A DNA stretch of 64,000 bases, from contig CAVVEU010000017.1 in assembly GCA_963747235.1 (NCBI GenBank), positions 64,001 through 128,000 on the forward strand, given 5' to 3'. The notes under the pieces are model-generated. The model was given only the letters and a program-made list of their open reading frames with translations, did not search any database and was not told the DNA's origin. Position 1 is the stretch's first letter, and every line of letters begins with the position of its first letter. The stretch is from an uncultured Candidatus Rokubacteria bacterium. Its GTDB lineage: Bacteria; Methylomirabilota; Methylomirabilia; Rokubacteriales; CSP1-6. The position numbers and the translations under genes are program-made. Of the stretch, positions 20,222 through 31,229 are shown piece after piece.

Positions 20222-21460
20222 ATGTCGCTGACATTCAGCCGTCGTTCCTTCCTGGCCGGTAGCACCGTTCTTGCCGCAGGGGCCGCAGGGCTGCCCACCC
20301 GGGCGCGCGCGCAGAGCAAGCCGATTCGCATCGGCCTCCTCACCGTGAAGACCGGACCGCTCGCGGCGGGCGGCATCCAGATGGAGCAGGGGACGCTGCG
20401 CTTTCTCAAGGACCGCAACAACATGATGGCCGGCCGAAAGGTCGAGCTCGTGGTCGCCGACACCGGCGGCAATCCGGCCGGCACCAAGACCAAGACCCAG
20501 GAGCTGGTCGAGCGCGAGAACGTGGACATGATCTTCGGCCCCCTGGCCGCCTTCGAGCTGCTCGCCATCACCGACTACACCGCACAGGCCAAGGTCCCGG
20601 TGCTGAGCCTGGCCGCCGCCGAGGACATGACGCAGCGGAGACCCAACCCCTACTTCATCCGCGCCTCGGCCACCTCGTCCCAGAACATGCACGCGCTCGC
20701 CGACTACGCCGCGAAGGAGCTGAAGTACAAGACCGTCATCACGCTCGCCGACGACTTCGCCTTTGGCCACGAGCAGGTGGCCGGCTTCCAGCGCGTGTTC
20801 GAAGACGCGGGCGGCCGGGTGGTGAAGAAGCTCTGGCCGCCGCTGAACACCCCCGACTACACGCCGTATCTCGCGCAGATCAGCGGCGTCGACGCGGTCG
20901 TGCAGGGCTTCGCCGGCTCGAACCCGCTCAAGTTCATGAAGCAGTACCGGGACCAGGGCCTCAAGCTGCCCGTCCTGGGCGGCGGGCCGGCCTGCGACGA
21001 TGCGCTGCTCAAGAGCTACGGCGACGAGGCGGTCGGCCTGATCTCCTGCTCGGCCTACACCGGGGACCTCGACACCCCGAGCAACAAGCGGCTGATCGAG
21101 GGGATGGTGAGGGACTACGGCAACATTCCCGGCCTCTACTCGGCGGGCCTGTACATCAACGGCCAGGTCGCGGAGGCCGCGCTGGAGAAGACGGGCGGCA
21201 AGACCGACGACCGGGAGGCGGTGAACCGGGCGCTCCGTGCGGTGTCGCTCACCGACACCCCGCGCGGGCCGTTCACCTTCGATCATTTCGGCAACGTGGT
21301 GGGCAGCTTCTACATCCGGCGCTGCGAGCGCAAGGGCGGCAAGCTCGTCAACACCACGATCAAGACCTACCCGAAGGTGAGCCAGTTCTGGACCTACGAC
21401 GAGAAGTGGTTCCTGGCCCAGCCGGTCTACTCGCGTGACTATCCGCCCCTGAAGGGCTGA
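20222..21460 (+). CDS. LIV-type ABC substrate-binding protein (aromatic-acid binding type), Tat signal
   Basis: SRRSFL, PIRIGLL, VADTGGNP. Confidence 0.92.
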   Translation: MSLTFSRRSFLAGSTVLAAGAAGLPTRARAQSKPIRIGLLTVKTGPLAAGGIQMEQGTLRFLKDRNNMMAGRKVELVVADTGGNPAGTKTKTQELVERENVDMIFGPLAAFELLAITDYTAQAKVPVLSLAAAEDMTQRRPNPYFIRASATSSQNMHALADYAAKELKYKTVITLADDFAFGHEQVAGFQRVFEDAGGRVVKKLWPPLNTPDYTPYLAQISGVDAVVQGFAGSNPLKFMKQYRDQGLKLPVLGGGPACDDALLKSYGDEAVGLISCSAYTGDLDTPSNKRLIEGMVRDYGNIPGLYSAGLYINGQVAEAALEKTGGKTDDREAVNRALRAVSLTDTPRGPFTFDHFGNVVGSFYIRRCERKGGKLVNTTIKTYPKVSQFWTYDEKWFLAQPVYSRDYPPLKG

Positions 21461-21477
21461 TCGCCGGCCGCTCCGTC

Positions 21478-22338
21478 ATGAGCCTCTGGCTCGTGCTGGC
21501 CGTCAACAGCGTCACGCTCGGCGGCCTGCTCTTCCTGCTGTCCGCCGGCTTCTCGCTGATCTTCGGGCTGATGCGGATCCCGAATCTCACGCACGGCTCC
21601 TTCTTCATGCTGGGCGGCTACTTCGCGGCGAGCCTGATCGAGTGGGGGCTGGGCTTCTGGCCGGCCGCGCTGGTCAGCGGGCTGCTGGTCGCCGCGCTCG
21701 GGGGCGTGGTGGAGCGGCTCATCCTGCGCCGGCTCGCGGGCGCGGAGCTCGCGCAGGTCCTGGTGACCCTGGGGCTCTCCTTCATGATCGCGGACGTGTG
21801 CCTCAAGGTCTGGACCGGCGATCCCGTCCGGATCGACACGCCGCCCGCGCTGCAGGGCGTGACATCGGTCGGCAGCTTCGCGTTCCCCACCTACCGGCTC
21901 GCCATCAGCCTCGTCGCGGTGGCCTTCGCGGTGGCGCTGTGGGCGCTGATGGATCGGACGCGGCTCGGCGCGATGATCCGGGCCGGCGTCGACGATCCGG
22001 ACATGGCGCGCGTCGCGGGCATCCGCGTCTCGCGGCTCTTCACCATCGTCTTCTGCCTGGGCGCGTGGCTGGCCGGGTTCGCCGGGGTCATCGGCGGGCC
22101 GATCCTCTCCGTCTATCCCGGCCTCGACCAGGAGATGCTCCCGCTGGCCCTCGTCGTGGTCATCCTCGGGGGCAGCGGCAGCCTCCTCGGCTCGCTGGTC
22201 GGCAGCTTCATCGTCGGCTTCCTCTACAACTTCGGCCAGGCGATGTTCCCCGAGCTGGCCTACGTGGTGCTGTTCCTCCCCATGCTCATCGTCCTGGTGG
22301 TGCGGCCCCAGGGTCTCTTCGGGCGGCCGGCGGTGTGA
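21478..22338 (+). CDS. livH: Branched-chain ABC permease
   Basis: GFSLIFGLM..PNLTHGSFFMLG, VVVILGGSGS. Confidence 0.9.
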   Translation: MSLWLVLAVNSVTLGGLLFLLSAGFSLIFGLMRIPNLTHGSFFMLGGYFAASLIEWGLGFWPAALVSGLLVAALGGVVERLILRRLAGAELAQVLVTLGLSFMIADVCLKVWTGDPVRIDTPPALQGVTSVGSFAFPTYRLAISLVAVAFAVALWALMDRTRLGAMIRAGVDDPDMARVAGIRVSRLFTIVFCLGAWLAGFAGVIGGPILSVYPGLDQEMLPLALVVVILGGSGSLLGSLVGSFIVGFLYNFGQAMFPELAYVVLFLPMLIVLVVRPQGLFGRPAV

Positions 22339-23325
22339 AGCGCCTCGCGCTGGCCGCCGCGCTCGCTGGCCCTGGCCACGCTGCCGCTCTGGGCCGGCGG
22401 CACCTTCTACATCAACATCGGGAGCCAGATCCTCCTCTACGCGGTCTTCGCGCTCGGCATCAACATCCTGGTGGGCTACGCCGGCCTCGTCACGCTGGGC
22501 CACGCCGGGCTCCTCGGCATCGCGGCCTACACCGCGGCCCGCCTCCTGAACGGCGGGCACGGCCACACCGCGGCGGTCACGGCGGCGCTCGTCCTCACGC
22601 TCGCCGCCGCCGCGCTCTTCGCGGCCCTCGCGCTGCGCGGCAGCGGCAGCGGCATCGGCTTCGTCATGATCACCCTGGCGATCGGCCAGATCGTCTGGGG
22701 CGTGGCCTATCGCTGGATCAGCATCACGAACGGGGACAACGGCATCTCGGTGACCGCGCGGCCGAGCCCGCTCGGCCTGTCGCTGGCCGCGCCGGCCCAC
22801 TTCTACTGGGCGACCCTCGTGGTGTTCCTGGCCGCCCTGGGCTCCATCGCGATGCTGGTGGCCTCGCCGTTCGGCGCGAGCCTCCGCGGCACCCGCGACC
22901 AGCCGCGGCGCATGGCCGCGCTCGGCTACCACGTCTGGATGACCCGGTTCCTCGCGTTCCTCCTCTCGGGCCTCTGGAGCGGCGTGGCCGGGCTCCTGTT
23001 CCTCTACTACAACCAGTTCGTGAGCCCGCAGGCGGTCGCGCTCACCGCGTCGGCCGAGGCGCTCCTGATGGTCATCTCGGGCGGGAGCGGGACGCTGCTG
23101 GGCCCGGTGGTCGGGGCCGCGCTGGTCGTCATCATGAAGAACGTCGCGAGCGCGTACATCGAGCGCTGGAACTTCGTGCTCGGCGCCATCTTCGTGGCGA
23201 TCGTGGTCTTCATGCCGGAAGGGCTGGTGCCCGGCGCGGCCCGCCTGTGGCGGCGGGCGACGGCCCGCCCCGCGCCGCGGGCGGTGGCGGCGGTGGCCAC
23301 GCCGGGCGAGGAGCCGAGCCGGTGA
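22335..23325 (+). CDS. livM: Branched-chain ABC permease (frameshift near 22368)
   Basis: GYAGLVTLGHA, TNGDNG, FMPEGL. Confidence 0.88.
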
Positions 23326-24071
23326 CCGGGCCATCGACCGCGCTGGCGGTGCAGGGCCTGACGAAGGCCTTCGGCGGCCTGCTCGTCACCGCCTCGGTGG
23401 ATCTCACGGTGGAGGAGGGCGAGCGGCGCCTGATCATCGGGCCGAACGGCGCGGGCAAGACGACGCTCTTCAACCTGGTGACCGGCGAGCTCCGGCCCGA
23501 CGGCGGGACGGTCACGCTCTTCGGCCGGGACATCACCCGGGTCCCGGGCCGGCAGCGGGCGCATCTCGGCATCTCCCGCACCTACCAGATCATCACGCTG
23601 TTCCCGCGCGAGACCCTGCTGCGGAACGTCACGCTCTCGCTCCTCGGGCGCTCGCCGCTCCGCTGGAACCCGGTCGCCCGGCTGGATCGGCAGGTGGCGC
23701 TGATCGGCCGCGCGCGCGAGGCGCTGGCCCGCGTCGGGCTCGAGCATCTCGCGGAGCGCCCGCTCTCCCAGACGTCCTACGGGGAGCGGCGCCGCGTGGA
23801 GATCGCCATGGCCCTGGCCCAGGACCCCCGCGTCCTGCTCCTGGACGAGCCCTTCGCCGGGCTCTCCATCGAGGAGCGGCGCGACGTGCTGCGATTGGTC
23901 AGCGCCATTCCTCGAGACGTCACGATCGTGATGATCGAGCACGACATGGACGTGGCGCTGGACTTCGCCGAGCGGATCACCGTGCTGCACTTCGGCCAGG
24001 TGGTGGTGGAAGGCACGCGCAGCGAGGTGGTGGCGCACCCGCGGACCCGGGAGATCTACCTTGGCGAGTGA
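23322..24071 (+). CDS. livG: Branched-chain ABC ATPase
   Basis: GPNGAGKTT, SYGERRR, LLLDEP, IEHDMD. Confidence 0.92.
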   Translation: MTGPSTALAVQGLTKAFGGLLVTASVDLTVEEGERRLIIGPNGAGKTTLFNLVTGELRPDGGTVTLFGRDITRVPGRQRAHLGISRTYQIITLFPRETLLRNVTLSLLGRSPLRWNPVARLDRQVALIGRAREALARVGLEHLAERPLSQTSYGERRRVEIAMALAQDPRVLLLDEPFAGLSIEERRDVLRLVSAIPRDVTIVMIEHDMDVALDFAERITVLHFGQVVVEGTRSEVVAHPRTREIYLGE

Positions 24072-24780
24072 CGCGCTGGAGCTCCACGACATCGAGGCGT
24101 TCTACGGCGACAGCCACGTGCTGCACGGGATGTCGCTGCGCCTCGGCGAGGGCCGGCTCCTCGGGCTGCTCGGCCGCAACGGCGCCGGCAAGTCGACCTC
24201 GATGAGCGTGACCGTCGGGCTGCTGCCGCCCCGGCACGGCCGCGTCGCGGTCTTCGGCCGGGCCGTGACCGGGCGCGCGCCCGAGGCCATCGCGGCCCAG
24301 GGCGTGGCGCTGGTGCCGCAGGGGCGCCGGATCTTCCGGAGCCTCACCGTGCGCGAGAACCTCGCGGTCGCCGGCCGCCGGCCCCAGGGCGGCGCGGCGA
24401 CGGACTGGACGCTCGACACCGTCTACGGGCTCTTCCCGCGCATCGGGGAGCGCCGCCGGCAGGTCGCGGGCTCGCTCTCCGGCGGCGAGCAGCAGATGCT
24501 CGCCATCGGCCGGGCCCTGATGTCGAACCCGCGCGTGCTCCTGATGGACGAGCCCTCGGAGGGCCTGGCGCCCCAGCTCGTCGCCGAGGTCATGACGACG
24601 ATTCGCCGGCTCAAGGAGCAGGGGCTGTCCATCGTGCTGGTCGAGCAGAACCCCAAGCTGGTGTTCCAGGTCGCCGACGACATCGTCATCCTCAACGGCG
24701 GCCGCGTCGTGGCCGAGGGACTCGCCGCGGAGTTCCGCCACCGGGACGTGGATCTGCGCCAGCATCTCGGGATCTTCTGA
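24061..24780 (+). CDS. livF: Branched-chain ABC ATPase
   Basis: GRNGAGKST, LSGGEQQM, MDEPSEGLAP. Confidence 0.92.
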   Translation: MASDALELHDIEAFYGDSHVLHGMSLRLGEGRLLGLLGRNGAGKSTSMSVTVGLLPPRHGRVAVFGRAVTGRAPEAIAAQGVALVPQGRRIFRSLTVRENLAVAGRRPQGGAATDWTLDTVYGLFPRIGERRRQVAGSLSGGEQQMLAIGRALMSNPRVLLMDEPSEGLAPQLVAEVMTTIRRLKEQGLSIVLVEQNPKLVFQVADDIVILNGGRVVAEGLAAEFRHRDVDLRQHLGIF

Positions 24781-25558
24781 TGGCGAGCTCCGAGCGCCTC
24801 GACGTGGGCGGCATCCCGCTCGACGTCCTGCGGCGCGGAACGGGGCGGCCGCTGCTCGTGCTCCACGGTGAGGCGCCGCTCGATCCGGGCGCGCCGGTGG
24901 TGGATCTGCTCGCGGCCCATGCCGAGGTGATCGCGCCGACGCACCCGGGCTTCGGGCACTCGGCCCGCCCCGACGACTTCGACACGGTCTACGACCTGGT
25001 GCATCTCTACCTCGACCTGCTCGAGCAGCTGCGCGCCCGGACCGGTGACGCTGATGGGGCTCTCGTTCGGCGGCTGGCTGGCCGCCGAGATCGCGGCGGC
25101 GCGCTCGCCTCGCGTGGAGCGCGCTGATCCTCGTCGACGCGATGGGCATCAAGGTCGGCGACCGCGAGACGCCGGACATCCTCGACCTGTTCAACACCGC
25201 GCCCGCCGAGGTGCAGCGCCGGCGCTGGCACGAGCCCGCGAAGTGGGCGCCGGATTTCGACGCCATGTCGAACGAGGCCCTGGTCGCCCACGCGCGCAAC
25301 CGCGAGGCGCTCTGCCTCTACGCGTGGCAGCCCTACCTGTACAACCCGCGGCTCGCCCGGTGGCTGGGCCGGGTCACGGTGCCCACGCTCGTGCTGTGGG
25401 GGGCCAGCGACGGGATCGTGACGCCGGCGTACGGGCGCGCCTACTGCGCGCGCATCCCGGGGGCGCGCTTCGAGCTGATCGAGGCCGCCGGGCATCATCC
25501 GGAGATCGAGCAGCCCGGCGCGTTCGTGGAGCGCGTGCGGGCGTTCCTGTCCTCATGA
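24780..25558 (+). CDS. Alpha/beta hydrolase (frameshifts near 25035 and 25120)
   Basis: LHG, HPGFG, GLSFGG nucleophile elbow, WGASD, GHHP across three frames. Confidence 0.85.
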
Positions 25559-25571
25559 CCCGGGAGGCGCC

Positions 25572-26742
25572 ATGCAGGCCTGGTACCTGAACGAGAACCC
25601 GTACCCGTTCGTGCCGCCGCACGTGCTGGACGCCGCGGAGTCGGTCCGCGGCAGCCTGCCGAACCGGTACTGCGATCCCAAGATCGCCGCCGACCTCTTC
25701 CAGGAAGCGCTGGACGAGTACCTGCTCTGCGACGACGTCGGGATCAACGTGGTGTCGAACGAGCATCACGCCGGCATCAACTGCCTGTTCGGCGCGAGCC
25801 CGCTCATCCTCGGCATCCTCGCGCGCCAGACCCGGAACGTGCGCATCCTGAGCCTCGGGACGCTGATCACGGTGCGCACGGACCCGGTGCGCGTCGCCGA
25901 GGAGTACGCGACCGCCGACGTGATCTCCCGCGGGCGCCTCGAGATCGGGTTCGTGAAGTCGGGCGGCACCGAGATGGCGTCCGGCAACGCGAACCCGATC
26001 GGCATCGTCGACCGGTTCTGGGAGGCGATCGATCTCATCCTGAAGACCCTGTCGCATCGCGACGGCCCGTTCAGCTGGGAGGGCAAGCACTTCACGCACC
26101 GGCACGTCAACATCTGGCCGGGGCCCTGGCAGCAGCCGCATCCGCCGCTGTGGGCGGCCACGGGCGATCCGACGACGTCGGCCGAGCTCGGGCGGCGGGG
26201 CATCGTCAACGTGATGGTCTTCCGCACCGCCGAGGAGACGGCGCGGGCGTGGGGCGCGTACCGGAAGGCGCGCGCCGACGCCGGCCTGCCCGAGCCCGGC
26301 CCCGATCGCTTCGGCCACACCGCGTTCGTCTACACCGCGGACACCGACGAGGAAGGCGTGCGCGTCGGCAGCAAGCTGCTCTGGTTCCTCAACACCGCGC
26401 TGCGCTCGGCGCCGCAGTACGGAAAGCTCCTGCCCGGGGCCGTCCCGGCCGCGCTCGCGCCCGCGCTCTACACGCACGAAGCCGCGGCCCGGGGTGTCCG
26501 CCGCCGCGCGGCCGGCCGCCGGCCTGATCGGCATCACCGCGGAGCAGGCGATGGCGAAGGGCCTGATGTTCGCGGGCAACCCGGACAGCGTGTACCGGCA
26601 GATCCGGGAGTATCGCGAGCGGGTCGGGCCGTTCGAGCATCTCGTGCTGGCGAGCCGCTCGGGCTTCATGACGCACGGCGAGGCGACGAAGGGGCTGAAG
26701 CTCTTCGCGAAGGACGTGCTGCCGCGGCTCCGGGAGCTGTAG
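25572..26742 (+). CDS. LLM class flavin-dependent oxidoreductase (frameshift near 26490)
   Basis: NEHH, PVRVAEE, SRGRLEIGF, PWQQPHPP, LFAKDVLP. Confidence 0.88.
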
Positions 26743-26745
26743 GCG

Positions 26746-27579
26746 TCAGGGGGCCGTACGGTAGAAGTACCCGGGGAAGCGCCGGACCGCCTCGACGTCC
26801 ACGTCGGCGTAGAGGATGCCCTCGTCCTGCCCCAGGCTCTGGATGAAGCCCTGCGCCGAGTTGGTGCCGCCGGGCTTGGTCCGGAACCACTCGGCGAGCT
26901 CGGCCAGCGAGGCGATGGGCGGCGGCACGCACACCGTGCTGTAGCCGCCGGCGCGGGGGAACCGCTCGACCGGCCGGCCGTCCGCGTCCCGGAGCCGGAG
27001 CGAGCACGCCGCGATGTCCACGCCGATCACCGGCTTGCCGTACTGCATGTGGCGGCCGATCACGGTGGCGGGATAGGCCTCGCCGAGGGCGAACCACCAC
27101 GACGGGTTGAAGATGATGTCGACGCCCTGCTCGACGAGAGACTCGACCCCCTCGGAGAAGAAGGCGAAGTCGGCGCAGATCACGATGCCCAGCCGGCCGA
27201 TGTCGGTCTCGACGACGCGATAGCCCTTGCCGGCCACCACCCCGTTGTCGATCTCGTTCTGGGTGGGGAAGCACTTCGGTTGTCGCGCAAGGATCCGGCC
27301 GTCGGGCCCGATCACCGTCGAGGTGTTGTGCCAGCTGGCCCGGGTGCCCTCGATCAGGCCGGCCACGACGAAGACGCCGAGGCGCCGCGCCGCCGCGCGG
27401 ATCTCGGCCTCGCCGACGCGCGGGTACAGCTCGGGAAAGCAGACGCAGGTGGCGCCGGCCCGGGCCGCCGCCTCGAGCAGGTCGACCGCGTGGGCCACGT
27501 CGCCGCCGTTCCACATGTCGTCGAAGAGGTCGGACTGAGGCCGCGCCTGTACGGCCGCGATGCGTACGGATGGGCTCAT
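26746..27579 (-). CDS. Carbon-nitrogen hydrolase (nitrilase superfamily)
   Basis: Triad FPE, QPK, ICAD; GGAGG RBS before ATG 27579. Confidence 0.9.
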   Translation of the reverse strand: MSPSVRIAAVQARPQSDLFDDMWNGGDVAHAVDLLEAAARAGATCVCFPELYPRVGEAEIRAAARRLGVFVVAGLIEGTRASWHNTSTVIGPDGRILARQPKCFPTQNEIDNGVVAGKGYRVVETDIGRLGIVICADFAFFSEGVESLVEQGVDIIFNPSWWFALGEAYPATVIGRHMQYGKPVIGVDIAACSLRLRDADGRPVERFPRAGGYSTVCVPPPIASLAELAEWFRTKPGGTNSAQGFIQSLGQDEGILYADVDVEAVRRFPGYFYRTAP

Positions 27580-28453
27580 GGGGTCCTCCGGCGCGGCTCC
27601 CGCCCGGCGCGGGTCCAGGAGATCGCGCTGCGCGTCGCCGAGCAGGTTGAAGCCGAGCACGGCGAGCATGATGGCCAGCCCCGGCGCCAGCACCAGCCAC
27701 GGAGCGATCGTCATGTACTGGCGGCCGCGGCTCAGCATGCCGCCCCAGCTCGGCGCCGGGGGCTGCGTGCCGAGTCCCAGGAAGCTCAGCGCCGCCTCCA
27801 CCAGGATGACGATCGAGAGGCTCAGGCTGGCCTGGACGGCGAGGGTCGGCGCGAGATTGGGCAGGACATGGGCGCCGAGGATGCGCCCGTGCGAGGCCCC
27901 GAGCGCGCGGGCGGCCTGGACGAAGTCCTGCGCCTTGAGGGCGAGGGTGCTGCTCCGGGCGAGCACCGCGAACTGCGGCAGCGTCAGCACCGCGATGGTG
28001 AGGATGAGATTGACGGTGCTCGGACCGAGGGCCGCCACCAGCGCGATGGCCAGGAGGATCGGGGGAAAGGCGAAGAGCACGTCGAAGAGCCGCATGGCGA
28101 GCAGGTCGCGGCGCGCCGCCCCAGTAGCCGAGGCCCACGCCCAGGGTCGTCCCGGTCAGCACGGCCAGCGCCACGGACGGAATCGCGACCCCGAGCGACA
28201 CGCGGCTGCCGTGGAGGACGCGGCTCAGGATGTCGCGTCCGACCTCGTCGGTGCCGAGCAGGAAGCGCGGGCTCGGCGGCCGGATCTCCGCGCCCGGGAA
28301 GATCGCGGTGGGCGCGTACGGCGCCAGCCACGGCGCGGCCAGCGCCGCAACCAGGAGGCCGGCCACGATGAGACCGCCGACCAGGAACGACCCGCTTCGC
28401 AGCGCCCGGGCCACGAGCCGGGGGTTCATCACGCGGCCGGGCTCGTCATTCAT
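27576..28453 (-). CDS. Peptide/nickel ABC permease DppC-like (frameshift near 28110; stop read through as assembled)
   Basis: LGTDEVGRD, EAALSFLGLG, PSWGGML. Confidence 0.88.
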
Positions 28454-29401
28454 GCGTACAGGATCCGACGGTCGATCAGGTGGTAGAGGAGATCGAGGGT
28501 CAGGTTGACGAGCACGGCCCCCGACGTCAGGAGCAGGACCGCGCCCTGGATCGTCGTGTAATCGCGCTGGTAGATCGCGTTGACGACGAGGCGCCCCATG
28601 CCGGGGAGCGCGAAGACCTCCTCGATGATCACCGCCCCGCCGATGAGGTAGACGAACTGGGTGCCGGCCATGGCGACCACCGGGATCAGCGCGTTCCGGA
28701 GCGCGTGCTTGTACACGACGGCGCGGTTGGCCACGCCCTTGGCGTGCGCGGTGCGGACGAAATCCTGGCCCAGCACCTCGAGCATGCTGCTCCGCGTGAA
28801 CCGCGCGATGATCGCCGAGATGGCCAGGCCCAGCGAGGCCGCCGCGGGCAGCATGGTCGCCGAGGCTCCGGGCCGGGCTCTCGGTGAACGGCACGTGGCC
28901 GAGGGTGGGCAGCCACGGCGCGTACCGCGCCCCCGCGATGATCACCACCGTCCCGATGAAGAACGCGGGCGCCGAGATGAAGAGCAGCGAGAACACCCGC
29001 GTCGAGGCGTCGAGGGCGCGCCCGGCCCGGGTGGCCGCGAGAACGCCCAGCGGGATGCCGACGGCCAGCGCGATGGACATCGCCATCAGCGCGAGCTGGA
29101 GCGTCACCGGGTAGCTCCGCACCAGCTCGTCGCGCACGGAGAACCCGGTGACGAGCGAGTGCCCGAGGTCGCCCCGCAGCACGTCGCCCAGCCACAGGAG
29201 GTACTGCACGGCGAGCGGCCGGTCGAGGTGGAGCGCGTGGATCAGCGCCTGGCGCGTCTGCTCGTTCTGGCCCGCGGTGATCCCGAGGAGGATGGTCACG
29301 AGGTCTCCGGGGATCAGGTGGATGAGCAGGAAGGTGAGCACCGACACCCCGAGCAGCGTCGGGATCAGGAGCAGGAGCCGCTTGCCGACGTAGGCGGCCA
29401 T
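28450..29401 (-). CDS. Peptide/nickel ABC permease DppB-like (frameshift near 28860)
   Basis: IPGD, GDLGHS, DFVRTAHAKG, HALRNALIP. Confidence 0.88.
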
Positions 29402-29428
29402 CCCCTCACCGGCGGCGGGCGCCGCCGG

Positions 29429-31039
29429 TCAGCGGTCGAGCCACGCCTGCTTGAAGAAGTGCCGGCTCCGGCTTCCCGGCTGCGCCCCGGGAATGGAGGT
29501 GTAGCCCTTGACGGTGTCGCGAAGCGCCTCGGTGGCCCCCGAGGCGTACGGGAAGATCAGGTACGCCTGGTCCGCCATGTGGCGCTGGAGGGTCTGGTAG
29601 ATCGTGACCCGCTTGTCCCGGTCCAGGGTCGTGCGGCCCTGGTCGAGGAGCTGGTCGACCAGGGGGTCATTGAACTTGCCCAGGTTGATCTTCGATCCGC
29701 TGTGAAAGATGTCGTAGACGTGGGCGTCGGGGTCGGGCTGCCACACCAGCGGGATCATGCTCATGCCTTCGTACTCGGTGCGGACGAAGTTCTTCAGCGC
29801 CGCCCCCCACTCCACCTGCATGAGGGTCACGCGGATGCCCGCCCCCGCGAGCTGCTCCTTCATGACCTCACCCGTCCGGACGGTCTGGGGGAAGCGGGGC
29901 GACACCTCGAGCGTGGTGTCGAGGCCGTTGGCGAGCCCCGCCTCGCCGAGCAGGCGCTTCGCCAGGGCCGGATCGTGGGCGTAGTACGGGAGGCCCTTGT
30001 CGTCGCCGCTGTAGCCGAACGGCGCGTCGCACGGGGGGATCTTCGTCGTGATGGCGCCGCGGCCGCGCAGGACGCTGGCGATGATCTCGCGCCGGTTGAT
30101 CCCCGCGCTGACCGCCCGCCGCACGCGCGCGTCGGTGAAGGGGGGCTTCGTCTGGTTGAAGGCCATCCCGTGCTGGGCGCAGTAGCCGTCCGGCTCGCGG
30201 AGCACGACGCCGGCGGCGCCCTGGACCTGCCGGTCGATGAGCGGGTCGACGGACCAGAGGTAGTGGACGGTCCCCGCGCGCAGCGCGGCCAGGCGGGCGG
30301 CCTCGTCCGGGATGATGCGGTACTCGAGGCCGTCGAGATAGGGGAGGCCCGCCTCGTAGTAGCTCGGGTTCCGCTTGAGCACGACCGTGTTGTCGGGGAC
30401 GAACCGCTCGAGCACGAAGGGGCCGGTGCCGGACGCGTTCTTCTGGAGGTCGCCGTGCTTCTCGACGAGATCGCGCGGGACGATGGCCGAGTAGTGAGGC
30501 GTGGCCAGGTACGAGAAGAAGGGAGCGAACGGCCGCTTGATGACGAAGCGCACGGTGGACCGATCCGGCGTCTCGATGCGGTCGATGATCAGCCAGTTGG
30601 CGCGCCAGGGCGACGCCGTCTTCTCGTCGAGCATCCGCTCGAACGAGTACTTCACGTCGTCGGCCACGAGGTCCCGCCCGTGGTGCCACACGACCCCCTT
30701 CCGGAGCTTGAAGACGAACGTCGTGTCGTTGACCACCTGCCAGGACTCGGCGAGGTCGCCGACGATGTTCATCCGGGCGTCGCGGCGCAGCAGGGTCGAG
30801 TAGACGTGCTCCGCGATCATCCAGGTGTGGGCGGCGGCGGACTTCTGCGGGTCGAGCCCGGGCGGGCTGACGTCGGCGGCGACGACCAGCGTGCCGCCCC
30901 GCTTCGGGGTCTGGGCGGCGGCGGGCCGGAGGAGCGGCGGCGCGGCGAGCCCCAGCAGCGTGAGCGCTCCCGCTCCGAGCAAGGCGCGCCGGGTGGGATC
31001 GAGATGAGAATCGCCTGGATGCTCCGTGCGGTCCGCCAT
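29429..31039 (-). CDS. ABC substrate-binding protein family 5 (DppA-like), Tat signal
   Basis: TRRALL, GDLAESW, GTGPF, PFTDARVRRAV. Confidence 0.93.
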   Translation of the reverse strand: MADRTEHPGDSHLDPTRRALLGAGALTLLGLAAPPLLRPAAAQTPKRGGTLVVAADVSPPGLDPQKSAAAHTWMIAEHVYSTLLRRDARMNIVGDLAESWQVVNDTTFVFKLRKGVVWHHGRDLVADDVKYSFERMLDEKTASPWRANWLIIDRIETPDRSTVRFVIKRPFAPFFSYLATPHYSAIVPRDLVEKHGDLQKNASGTGPFVLERFVPDNTVVLKRNPSYYEAGLPYLDGLEYRIIPDEAARLAALRAGTVHYLWSVDPLIDRQVQGAAGVVLREPDGYCAQHGMAFNQTKPPFTDARVRRAVSAGINRREIIASVLRGRGAITTKIPPCDAPFGYSGDDKGLPYYAHDPALAKRLLGEAGLANGLDTTLEVSPRFPQTVRTGEVMKEQLAGAGIRVTLMQVEWGAALKNFVRTEYEGMSMIPLVWQPDPDAHVYDIFHSGSKINLGKFNDPLVDQLLDQGRTTLDRDKRVTIYQTLQRHMADQAYLIFPYASGATEALRDTVKGYTSIPGAQPGSRSRHFFKQAWLDR

Positions 31040-31229
31040 GCTGCCCTCCGGGTCCTCGCGTGCCGGTGCACTGCCGCGTCGAGATCCGCCGCCGGGGCGC
31101 GCATCCGCGTCCCCGCGACGTCGTGCCATACTCCTCCGCGCGCGCGATGGCGTCAAGGGTCCGGTTGACTTGCTCGGCGCGGCTGGCGAATAATCGCGCC
31201 ACCACACGCCCCGGGAGGAGCCACCGACC

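Noticed and set aside
26746-28095. Apparent DppC-nitrilase fusion (449-aa ORF)
   Set aside because: Nitrilase has its own GGAGG and an ATGA overlap; one indel restores two genes, and indels are pervasive
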